Part shown: in pieces, positions 39,961 to 48,750 of the stretch
Layout: each line of letters begins with the position of its first letter
Numbering within the stretch: position 1 is the stretch's first letter
Source: Methanomassiliicoccaceae archaeon
Lineage (GTDB): Archaea > Thermoplasmatota > Thermoplasmata > Methanomassiliicoccales > UBA472
Assembly (NCBI GenBank): GCA_963806355.1
Contig: CAWDXN010000002.1
Location: forward strand, 51,326-115,325
Length of the DNA stretch: 64,000 bases
Reading direction: 5' to 3'
Program-made: the position numbers and the translations under genes
Notes under the pieces: model-generated
Seen by the model: only the letters and a program-made list of their open reading frames with translations
Databases searched by the model: none
Told to the model about the DNA's origin: nothing

Positions 39961-41264
39961 TTCAGGCACCTCTTCACGATGCCCCTGCCCAGGTTCATGA
40001 GGCGGTCCAGCTCCTCCTTGTTCCTGGCCTCGGCGTTGACGCGGACCTTGGGCTCGGTCCCGGAGAGCCTGACCAGGAACCAACCGTCCTGGTACTCCGC
40101 GCGCCAGCCGTCCACGGTGATGAGGCGGTTGCACTTGAGGTTGGCCATCTCGCCCCCGATCTTGCCGCGGACTATGTCCCTCTCCTGGGATTGGAACATG
40201 AAAGACTCCCGGGCGGAGGGATATGAAGGCAAGGCGTCGACCAGCTCGGAGAGGCGGTTCTCCGACACACATTTGGCCAGAAGGGCCGCGGCGTACACGC
40301 CGTCCGGACAGTAGGTCTGCCGGGGGAAGATGAAGGTGCCCGATGGCTCGCCTCCGAAGGGGAAGCTGCTCTTCTTGAGCGCCTCCGCCACGTAGACATC
40401 GCCCACCTTGGTGCGGACCACGTTGCCCTCGACCATGTCGTCCAATACCATCGAGGCGTCGATCGGCGCCACGATGCCGTCCGCCTCGACCAGCGAGGCG
40501 AACAAGGCCAGCAACCGGTCCCCGTCGATGAAGCGGCCGTTCTCGTCCATGGCCACCATGCGGTCGCCGTCGCCGTCGTGGGCGATGCCCAGGTCCGCGC
40601 TCTTGGCCAACACGGCGTGGCGCAGGTCGCCCAACTGTTCCTCGGTCGGTTCAGGCAGTCGACCGGGGAAGTATCCGTCGGGCTGGGCGTTCAGGCTGAG
40701 CACGCTGCAGCCCATCTCGCGCAGGAGGATGGGGGTGATGGTGGTGGTGGCCCCGCAGCCGCAGTCCACCACCACGTTGACATGGCATTGGCCCAGGGAC
40801 CGTATCACCTCTTGGATGTGGTCATGGATGGCGCCGGCGTAATGGCTCTGCTGCCCCACCTTCCTCCAGCCAGGCATGGTCTTGGAGGGTTCGGTGATGA
40901 GGCTCTCCACCTCGTCCATCTGTCGGCTGTCGAACGCGCTCCCGTCCGGGTTCCACATCTTCACGCCGTTGTATTCTGCTGGATTGTGAGAGGCGGTGAC
41001 CATCAGACCGCAGCTATGGCCGAAGGCGGCCCTGGCCAAGGTCGGCGTGGAGACCATGCCGGTCAGGTGCACGTCCGCTCCAGAGGCCATGGCCCCTGCT
41101 GCCAACGCGCTCTCCATCATATCGCTGCTGGTCCGGCAGTCCTTGCCGATGATGACGTCTTTGTAAAGCTGCCCCACCGCGATCCCGATCCTGAGGGCGA
41201 GGTCCGCTGTGATCTCGCGGCCCACCACCCCGCGGATCCCTGACGATCCGAACAACGAAGTCAT
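39957..41264 (-). CDS. glmM: Phosphoglucosamine mutase (phosphohexose mutase family)
   Basis: Motifs: MTSLFGSSGIRG, TASHNPAEYNGVK, HDGDGDRM, GGEPSG, RLSGTEPKVRV. A TATA-like element (forward catatattct at 41291-41300) argues for the Met at 41264 rather than the ORF-track start at 41351. Confidence 0.85.
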   Translation of the reverse strand: MTSLFGSSGIRGVVGREITADLALRIGIAVGQLYKDVIIGKDCRTSSDMMESALAAGAMASGADVHLTGMVSTPTLARAAFGHSCGLMVTASHNPAEYNGVKMWNPDGSAFDSRQMDEVESLITEPSKTMPGWRKVGQQSHYAGAIHDHIQEVIRSLGQCHVNVVVDCGCGATTTITPILLREMGCSVLSLNAQPDGYFPGRLPEPTEEQLGDLRHAVLAKSADLGIAHDGDGDRMVAMDENGRFIDGDRLLALFASLVEADGIVAPIDASMVLDDMVEGNVVRTKVGDVYVAEALKKSSFPFGGEPSGTFIFPRQTYCPDGVYAAALLAKCVSENRLSELVDALPSYPSARESFMFQSQERDIVRGKIGGEMANLKCNRLITVDGWRAEYQDGWFLVRLSGTEPKVRVNAEARNKEELDRLMNLGRGIVKRCLK

Positions 41265-41522
41265 TTCCAGCGCGGTCATTGACATCAGCCCATATATTCT
41301 TAGCGTGCCGGTATGGAGAAAAAATGTCTTAACTGGAGCATTATCCAGCATAAATTTCTATGGGGGTAAAAAATAAATTAAAAATCAATCGTTAATCCGA
41401 CAAAATCTGGCTCTCTTGACCGAAAAAATGGTTTATTTTATAAGTAAAATAAGTGCTGGTCAGTGAGCATTATCAGATAAATATTATATATTAGTAAAGT
41501 TCATTACAATCTGGACATAAGG

Positions 41523-41534
41523 CCAGTTAACTGG
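41523..41534. promoter_or_regulatory. Perfect 12-bp palindrome CCAGTTAACTGG just upstream of a small ORF
   Basis: Read directly from the sequence. It lies 25 nt before the ATG at 41559, at the end of a roughly 200-bp AT-rich spacer. Confidence 0.3.
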
Positions 41535-41558
41535 TCTATGAATGGATGGTGATAGCAC

Positions 41559-41786
41559 ATGGTGATGGAACAGATTAGCCTGGACAAGGCGAAGGAGATT
41601 GCCAAGAAGAAGGGCCTTAAGCCCGGACGCGTCAAGGGCACCAACGGTGTTCAATTCACAAAGGGAAACAACCCGAGGCTCGAGATCGTCGATTGGAACG
41701 AGTTCGAGAAGACCCTGAACAAGAGGTCCCTGGCCGTCTACGAGTCCGGCGGCTGGATGAAGATCATGAAGAAGGCCGGCAAGTAA
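41559..41786 (+). CDS. Hypothetical small basic protein (75 aa)
   Basis: Intact ORF MVMEQISLDKAKEIAKKKGLKPGRVKGTNGVQFTKGNNPRLEIVDWNEFEKTL... It is protein-like but has no motif I recognise. Confidence 0.45.
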   Translation: MVMEQISLDKAKEIAKKKGLKPGRVKGTNGVQFTKGNNPRLEIVDWNEFEKTLNKRSLAVYESGGWMKIMKKAGK

Positions 41787-41875
41787 GGCCCCCTACTCTC
41801 TTCGAACAAACGCCTTCCTTCCCTTTTTATTTCTAAATGGTCAGGCGGACGCCATGACCTATGGGATCATTGAGT

Positions 41876-43456
41876 CTACCATATGCCCTTATCGACCTCG
41901 ACGTCGGTGACCAAGGCCCTTCCGTATGCCTTCTGGAAGGCCTTGTCGTCCGCCTCGACCCCCCAGCACTCCAATTGGCACTCCCCCTTGGAAAGGATGC
42001 GGAGCACCGCCCGTTCCTTGGTGGCCCGAATGAAGCCAGTGCCCTCGACCATGCCCACGTGGCTGCGGTCCAGGCTCTCCGCGATGCGCAAAAGGGCGGA
42101 AAGCTTGGAGATGGTCTCCTGGGCGTTGCGGTCCAGTCCGTCCATCTCCGGGTCATTGTTCCTTGGGACCTTCTTGCGATGGAACTTGGCTATGTTGGCG
42201 ATCACCGAGGTCTCCTTCTGGTCGAAGCCCAACAGCTCGGAGTTGATTATGATGTAATAGGAGTGGAGGTGATGGTTGTTGAAGGAGATGAAATCGCCAA
42301 TGTCATGAAGGAAGGCAGCGTGCGAGAGCATCTCCCTCTCCCAACCGCCGAAGGCATGCAGCTTCACCATCCGGGCGGAATCGAAGAGCTGCAGCGCCAG
42401 GCGTTGCACGGTGCGAGCATGGTCCTCGTCCATGTCGCAGCTGCGGGCCAATTGCAGCACGCTTCTCTCCCTCACGTTGACCGTGTCCGAGTCCGGCAGC
42501 AGTCCGATCTCCCCCAGGTATTCCATGAAGAGCCCGTCCCTCAACCCTCGCTCGCTCACCACGACCTCATCGATGCCCAACTCGTCCATCAGCGTCTCCA
42601 GCGTGGCCGCGCCTCCGATGATGATGTCCGCCCTTTCCGGGTTCATCCCGGGAACGGCCCTTCGCTTCTCCAGGCTCAGTGAGCGGAGGTGGGCGGAGAG
42701 CTTCTTGAGGTGGGTGCGACGCAGACGGAGCGGTTGCATCTCTTCAAGGTCGAACATCAGGACGGCAATCTGGGCCAGGTTGATGGCGGTGCCTGAGGAT
42801 GCCACCGTGACCGAGATCTTGTGCTCGGCCACCTCCTTCTTGGTGCGGATGATGGCGGCCCTGACGTACTTGCGCATCTTGTCATACATGGCATCGGGTA
42901 TCGGTCCCGTGTGCCCCTCGGGGACGAAGAGGGTGGTCATGCGGATGGCGCCCAGCTTCAGGCTGTCGAGGTAGTGGTATTGCTTCTGGTCCCCGATGAC
43001 GACCTCGCAGCTGCCCCCGCCGATATCGACGAAGAGTCCCTTCTTCTTGCCCAGGTGCTGCCCGCTCGAGACGCCCATATAGATCAATCGGGCCTCCTCC
43101 CGACCGGAGATGACGCTCACATCCAGCCCCGCCCCCGATCTGATATGGTCGAGGAAATCCTGTTGGTTGGTGGCCTCACGCGCCGCCGAGGTGGCCACCG
43201 CGATGACGTGATCGGCCCGGAAGTTCTTGGCCAGCTCGGCGAACTTGCGGCACACCACCACCGCCCTGTCCATGGCGGCAGGCTTGAGCACGTTGTCCTT
43301 GAACTCCGATTCGCCGAGACGCACCACCTCCTTCTCTTGGCGCAGGACGGTGTAGGAGCCGTTGCTGTTGATGCGCACCACCAACAGGCGTATGGAGTTG
43401 GTCCCGATGTCAATGAACGCCGCCACGTGCGGCTTCCCATCCCAAGGCATCGTCAC
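41876..43456 (-). CDS. ppx: Exopolyphosphatase / GppA family (Ppx-GppA) with a C-terminal HD domain
   Basis: 526-aa intact ORF with AAFIDIGTNSIRLLVV, VIAVATSAAREA, FVDIGGGSCEV and C-terminal FLHDIGDFISFNNHHLHSYYII...KFHRK. The start (GTG 43456 or ATG 43450) overlaps the upstream stop. Confidence 0.9.
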   Translation of the reverse strand: MTMPWDGKPHVAAFIDIGTNSIRLLVVRINSNGSYTVLRQEKEVVRLGESEFKDNVLKPAAMDRAVVVCRKFAELAKNFRADHVIAVATSAAREATNQQDFLDHIRSGAGLDVSVISGREEARLIYMGVSSGQHLGKKKGLFVDIGGGSCEVVIGDQKQYHYLDSLKLGAIRMTTLFVPEGHTGPIPDAMYDKMRKYVRAAIIRTKKEVAEHKISVTVASSGTAINLAQIAVLMFDLEEMQPLRLRRTHLKKLSAHLRSLSLEKRRAVPGMNPERADIIIGGAATLETLMDELGIDEVVVSERGLRDGLFMEYLGEIGLLPDSDTVNVRERSVLQLARSCDMDEDHARTVQRLALQLFDSARMVKLHAFGGWEREMLSHAAFLHDIGDFISFNNHHLHSYYIIINSELLGFDQKETSVIANIAKFHRKKVPRNNDPEMDGLDRNAQETISKLSALLRIAESLDRSHVGMVEGTGFIRATKERAVLRILSKGECQLECWGVEADDKAFQKAYGRALVTDVEVDKGIW

Positions 43457-45717
43457 TGTATAGCCAATCGTCTATCAAAAGCCTTCTCCAGCAGTTTCCC
43501 TTTCTTCCTTCCCGCCTCGATCTCGTAGCGGTGGGACAGGGGGTCCTCGACCTCGATGATGATGACGTGGGGGTCGGCCCAACAACCGACGACCCGGACA
43601 TCGTGGGCATGCCTGACGTCCAATCCGTCCGCCACCCTCAATATGCCCGCCAGGACGTCGACCGTTCTGCGCTCCCTCTTGTTCAGGACCTTGTAGTTGC
43701 CATGGTCTTCCTTGGGCAGCCCCTTGCGATGGTAACGGGTCAGGCTGGCCACGATCAATCGCTCCCTCTCGTCCAAGGGCAGATGGTGGTCTGACATGAC
43801 CAGGTTGAAGGAGGCGAGGTTGTGGTCGATGCCGCTCTGGGACCAGCCGATGTCATGCAGCAACGCCCCGCATTCCAGCCAATAGCGCTCCTGGGCGCCA
43901 AGGCCGTGCTCCCCCTGGAGATGGTCGAAGAGCTGCAGCGCGGTGCCTCGCACGAAGAGCGAATGACCGTCCAGGTGGCCAAAGCGTCGGGCCTCCCCCT
44001 CCACCAGCTCCACTTTCTTGGCCATCTCGAGATCGGATTGGGCGTGGACCTTCTCCTCCGGCTCATCGGTCCCGCGGCCGGCCAGGTACATCTGGGCCAA
44101 CTTCTTAGGCAATCCCACGGCGACGATACGGTCCGCCACCTCCTTCAGGTCGTATTGGACGCGAACGAACTCGACCAGCAGGCTCTGCGCGTCCAACAGC
44201 ACGTAGGAGGCGCGCGGGTCACCTCCCACGGGTCGGCCCACGCTCCCCGGGTTGAGGAAGCGCATATCCCCCACGGCCAAGTCCATGCAGCGATGGGTGT
44301 GGCCCAGCACCACCACGTCGGCTTCGGCGACCTTGGCTAACGTTTCCAATCGTTCCGGGTCGGTGCTCTCGGTGACAGGTTCCAAGATCGAGGCCGGGCT
44401 GGCATGGGTGATGAGGAACCTCTTGCCCCCCATCTCGAAGCGGACCTCCTCAGGAAGGCCCAGCAGGAAGGAGATGGACGCGTCGTTGAGGTTTTGGAGC
44501 GCATGCGTCGCCACCTTCCGTTTCAGACGATCGCCCCCTTGGTTCGGCGGCGCCCCTCCCATCCTTGCCGCCAATATCCCTTGGTCATAATTGCCTAGGA
44601 CAGTGATGATACTTGGATCGCGGAGGAACTGGACCACCTCGTTGTCGAACGGACCCCAGCCTATGCAGTCCCCCGCGTTGATGAATACCTCCGCCCCCCG
44701 TTCCGCCGCGTCCTCCATCACCGCCTCCAAGGCGGGCAGGTTGCCGTGCACATCGGCGATCAACGCGATCTTCGCCGAAGGGGACAGGCCTGAGAGGTCG
44801 ATGCGCTTCGACCGTGGCCGTATGGCGGCGAGAAGGTCGGTCTCAAGCGCCCTCAGGAGACCGTTCCCTTCCCAATCCCTCCACATGGTCACCAACTGAC
44901 CGTACAACGACGATCGGGTCGTCTGGCGGTCCTGGAGCAACGCCGCCACCGCCGGCCCGCAACGCCACCGCAATCGTTCCAACAAGGCCTCGATCCAAAC
45001 ATCACAGTCGTGCATCTCCCCCAGGATATCCTGGAGCTTCTTGAGGCGGGAGATGTACTGCTTCAGACCATCCTCGTAGGCGGGGGCGAAGGTCTCCAAG
45101 GTATAACGTAGCCACTTGGCGGCTATGCGCATCTGGTGATGCCTCAGCACTGCCTTCTCGTCGGCCACACAATCTGAGAAGGCGAGCAGCTCCTTGCGGC
45201 GCACCACGACCTGGCCCAGGGCAGCGGTCCGCACATCCTGCCACATGAGCTCGTCCAGGGGCAAGGCCTTGGACTGAAGCAGGGCATGCCATCCAGGGAT
45301 GAGCCCCTCTTCCTCGAACTTCACCAGGGCCTCCTCCACATCGGGCTGGACGGCCGCCCTTCTCCCGACCAGCTCCTGGAGCAGGACGTCAAGCTCCGCT
45401 TTGGAGGCCTCGTCCTTGGAGGCCATGTACTTGCCCAGCAGCAGGATCTGCACGTCCAGGTCCCGGGCCGCGCCTAACGAGCGGGTCACGGCCTTCACCC
45501 TCTTCATCCAGAGCTTGGCTTGCTCCTTCTGGAAGCAACCGTCGAAGATGGTCAGCGCGGCGCGAAGGCGGCGGGAATAGACCCGGGACTGATGTATGAA
45601 CTCGACTGGACCTTCCCCAGAGGCACCCTGCAGTTGCTGATGCAGCGTCGTCAGATATTCATCGATGGCCTTGGCCCCGAAGGCCGTCATGCCGATGGTG
45701 CACTCACGGCTCGCCAT
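43453..45717 (-). CDS. Three-domain protein: CHAD + calcineurin-like metallophosphoesterase (YfcE/MJ0936-type) + HD domain
   Basis: 754-aa intact ORF. CHAD helices: FIHQSRVYSRRLRAAL, HHQMRIAAKWLRYTLETF, LQDILGEMHDCDVW. Metallophosphoesterase motifs: IALIADVHGN, NAGDCIGWG, LGNYDQ, LITHASP, VLGHTHR. HD domain: GALLHDIGW...RYHRKGLP, paralogous to the Ppx C-terminus. Confidence 0.8.
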   Translation of the reverse strand: MASRECTIGMTAFGAKAIDEYLTTLHQQLQGASGEGPVEFIHQSRVYSRRLRAALTIFDGCFQKEQAKLWMKRVKAVTRSLGAARDLDVQILLLGKYMASKDEASKAELDVLLQELVGRRAAVQPDVEEALVKFEEEGLIPGWHALLQSKALPLDELMWQDVRTAALGQVVVRRKELLAFSDCVADEKAVLRHHQMRIAAKWLRYTLETFAPAYEDGLKQYISRLKKLQDILGEMHDCDVWIEALLERLRWRCGPAVAALLQDRQTTRSSLYGQLVTMWRDWEGNGLLRALETDLLAAIRPRSKRIDLSGLSPSAKIALIADVHGNLPALEAVMEDAAERGAEVFINAGDCIGWGPFDNEVVQFLRDPSIITVLGNYDQGILAARMGGAPPNQGGDRLKRKVATHALQNLNDASISFLLGLPEEVRFEMGGKRFLITHASPASILEPVTESTDPERLETLAKVAEADVVVLGHTHRCMDLAVGDMRFLNPGSVGRPVGGDPRASYVLLDAQSLLVEFVRVQYDLKEVADRIVAVGLPKKLAQMYLAGRGTDEPEEKVHAQSDLEMAKKVELVEGEARRFGHLDGHSLFVRGTALQLFDHLQGEHGLGAQERYWLECGALLHDIGWSQSGIDHNLASFNLVMSDHHLPLDERERLIVASLTRYHRKGLPKEDHGNYKVLNKRERRTVDVLAGILRVADGLDVRHAHDVRVVGCWADPHVIIIEVEDPLSHRYEIEAGRKKGKLLEKAFDRRLAIQ

Positions 45718-47889
45718 GCCATTCCCCCCGGTGGTCTATCAGCCATTGCTGGGAATTCAATCTCTTGGCGCCTTCTTTCACTGGGACCGGACGATACGTG
45801 CCATCCGGCAACAGCTCCCTCGCCTTGGCATTGTCCTTGAAGTGGGTCTCCAACATCAGCTTCACAACGTTCTTCCGCAGTGTCGGGTCCGGTATGGGGA
45901 AGAGCACCTCCACCCGCTTGTTCAGGTTGCGGGGCATCATGTCGCTGCTGCCCAGGAGCACCTCCGGGTTGCCACCGTTGTTGAAGTAGTAGATGCGGGA
46001 GTGCTCCAGGAACCGGCCTACGATGGAGGAGACCTTGATGTTCTCGCTGATCCCCTTGAGCCCGGGACGAAGGGCGCACAGGCCGCGGACGTTGAGGTCG
46101 ACCTTGACGCCTGCCTGGGACGCCCGGTACAGGGCCTTGATGACCTCCTTGTCCAGCAGGGCGTTCAGCTTCCAGGCGATGTGGCCGTTCTTCTTGTCCT
46201 TGTGCCGCTCGATCTCGCGGTCGATGCGGCGGATGATCTCGCGGCGCAGCGAGTGCGGCGCCACGAGGAGCGTCTTGAAGTCCTCCTTGTGCGAATATCC
46301 GGTCAGAGCGTTGAAGAGGTCCTGCACGTCGGAGCCGATGTCCGGGTCGGCGGTGACGTAGCCGATGTCCCCGTACACCCGGGAGGTGACGGAGTTGTAG
46401 TTGCCGGAGCTGAGATGGGCGAATGCGCACGATGCCCTTCTGGGACCGCTTCACGATCAGGCACATCTTGGCGTGGACCTTCAGGTCCAACAGCCCGTAC
46501 ACCACATGCACGCCTGCCTGCTCCAGCATCTTCGCCCAGACGATGTTGTTCTCCTCGTCGAAGCGGGCCTTCAGCTCCACCAACGCCGCCACCTGCTTGT
46601 CGTTCTCCCGGGCCTGCATCAAGGCGTCGATTATGGGCGAATGCTTGTCGATGCGGTAGAGGGTGATCTTGATGGCCAGCACGTCCGGGTCCACCGCCGC
46701 TTGGCGCAGCATGTTCACCACGGTGCTGAAGTTGTCATAGGGATGATAGAGGACGTGGTCGCGCTGCTCCAGAGCGGTGAGCAACTTCTTCTCGTTGGCC
46801 AGCTCGCTGGGGATGAAGCCGGCGAAGGGCATGTCCTTGAGGTCGGGTCGGGCCAGGCCCAGCATCTACCAGAGGTCGACCAGCGCCAGAGGGCAGCTCT
46901 CCTCGTATACCAGGTATCCGGGCAACCCGAGCTTGTTGGCGAACATCTGCCTGAGCTTCTCGGGCATGGTGCTCTGCACCTCCAGACGGGAGGGCGCTCC
47001 GATGCGACGTTGTTCCACCCCCTCCTCGATGGCCGTGAGCAGGTCCTCTGCCTCGTCCAGCTCGATCTCGAAATCGGCGTCGCGGGTGATGCGGAAGGCA
47101 AAGGCCCCGGTGATGAGCATGCCAGGGAAGAGCAGGTCCAGGTTGGACATTATCACGTCCTCCAGGAACACCAAGTGGAAGGAAGTCGTCGACTTGTCCG
47201 GCTCAAATATCTCATTGGGTATGGTGATGAGGCGCTGCATGAGATTGACCGGTATCTTCACGCGGGCCAAGCGCTCCGCTCCCTGACCGTCCACCAACTG
47301 CACTGCCAGATTGATGCTCAGGTTGGATATGAACGGGAAGGGATGGGCCAGGTCCAAGGCCAAAGGGGTGAGGGCGGGGTAGATGGCGCTCTCGAAGTAG
47401 TCCCGCACCCATTGCTTCTGTTTGGGGGCGAGCTCCTTCACGTTGTGGATGTGGATGCCTGCTTGGGCCAGCTTGGGCAACGAGGTCGCTGAACCAGGTG
47501 GCGCAGTATTCCTCCAGGATGGGTTGCAGCTCGGACCGGATGGCCATGATCTGTTCCAGCGGCGTCATGCCGTCGGGAGGGGCTTCCAAAGCCCCGCGCA
47601 TCAGTTGACGCCTCAGACCGGACACGCGGATCATGAAGAACTCATCCAGGTTGCTGCCGCAGATGGCCAGGAACTTGACCCTTTCCAACAACGGATGGTT
47701 CACGTCCTGGGCCTCCTCGAAGATGCGTCGGTTGAAACGCACCCAGGCGATCTCCCGGTTGATGAAGTTGGTCGGGGCGTCAAGGAGCGAGCCATCATCA
47801 CCCGCGGGCCTCTTCTCCTTCTTCTCCTTCCTTACCTTCTTGTCCTTCTCCTTCCGGTCCTTAGGCGTCATTTGTTCTCCCCCGAACAA
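45704..47889 (-). CDS. ppk: Polyphosphate kinase 1; two frame breaks (about 47480 and 46424) and one in-frame TAG (46866-46868)
   Basis: Motifs: FINREIAWVRFNRRIFEEA, NLDEFFMIRV, LTPLALDLAHPFPFISNLS, RITRDADFEIE, LYHPYDNF, LVELKARFDEENNI, VHAKMCLIV, FAHLSSGNYN, FLEHSRIYYF. The start is TTG 47889 or ATG 47871. The stop overlaps the next gene by 14 nt. Confidence 0.9.
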
Positions 47890-48036
47890 TGGCAGTAACC
47901 ACTATGTCATTTTTATCATTTGATATGAAAAAGCAACACGATCGGGCCAGGAAAGAAATTTCGGAGCGGCTCTGGGAGGAAAAAGTCCATTTTCAATAGG
48001 TATTTGTACCACCAGGTTATTGTGTGGATTCCACAC

Positions 48037-48120
48037 GCAGGGATAGCCAAGCCTGGCCAACGGCGCTAGATTCAGGGTCTAGTCCTTAGTGGTCCAAGGG
48101 TTCAAATCCCTTTCCCTGCA
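48037..48120 (+). tRNA. tRNA-Leu (anticodon CAG), long variable arm, no encoded CCA
   Basis: Hand fold. Acceptor GCAGGGA/TCCCTGC, anticodon stem CTAGA/TCTAG, loop TTCAGGG, T-arm AAGGG-TTCAAAT-CCCTT, discriminator A. Confidence 0.88.
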
Positions 48121-48255
48121 CTCTCCTTTCTCCATCTCTAATGACAAAGGGCGACATTCGTTCCGATTTCCATACCCATCCGCTGTCATGATTCATCATA
48201 TATCCCTCTTACCGACATTCATACATGAGGATCGCCCAGGAAGGGAACAAGATAC

Positions 48256-48729
48256 ATGGAACTCAAGACCGTTGACCATGTGGACGTGCAAAGGTACATG
48301 GGTACCTGGTATGAGATCGCCAAGTTCCCACAAAGGTTCGAGAAAGGGATGGTCGGGATCACGGCCGAATATTCGCTGCTCCCGGACGGCAAGGTCCAGG
48401 TATTGAACCGCGGGTACAAAGGGGGCTTCAATGGCGAGTTGAAGACGATCAAAGGCAAGGCCTGGGTGGTCGATCCAAAGACGAACGCCAAATTGAAGGT
48501 GACCTTCTTCTGGCCTTTCGCGGGGAATTATTGGATACTGGAGCTGGGCAAGGATTACGAGTACGCCGTGGTGGGCGAGGCCTCCCGAAAATATCTATGG
48601 GTCCTTTCCCGGAGCCCTCAGATGGAGGGAGACGTTTACGATGGGATCATCGGACGCCTGAGGGAAAAGGGCTTTGATGTTTCCAAATTGGAAAAGAACC
48701 CTCAAAAGCCGGCAGAAAAGGCAACCTGA
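48256..48729 (+). CDS. blc: Bacterial-type lipocalin (Blc-like) without a signal peptide
   Basis: 157 aa with the lipocalin SCR1 motif YMGTWYEIAKFP, followed by EYAVVGEASRKYLWVLSR. It starts directly at the barrel. Confidence 0.85.
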   Translation: MELKTVDHVDVQRYMGTWYEIAKFPQRFEKGMVGITAEYSLLPDGKVQVLNRGYKGGFNGELKTIKGKAWVVDPKTNAKLKVTFFWPFAGNYWILELGKDYEYAVVGEASRKYLWVLSRSPQMEGDVYDGIIGRLREKGFDVSKLEKNPQKPAEKAT

Positions 48730-48750
48730 CGGGTCTCTGATGTCAATCCC

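Noticed and set aside
39961-40272. N-terminal extensions offered by the ORF track. Examples are the first 104 codons of 38734-40272, the first 119 codons of 35288-37036, the first 43 codons of 31262-32065, the first 23 codons of 30356-30880, and the upstream part of 36282-37553.
   Set aside because: The extensions overlap the neighbouring gene on the same or opposite strand and have non-protein-like composition. Canonical family N-termini begin at internal Met codons that are preceded by stop-start overlaps or TATA-like elements.
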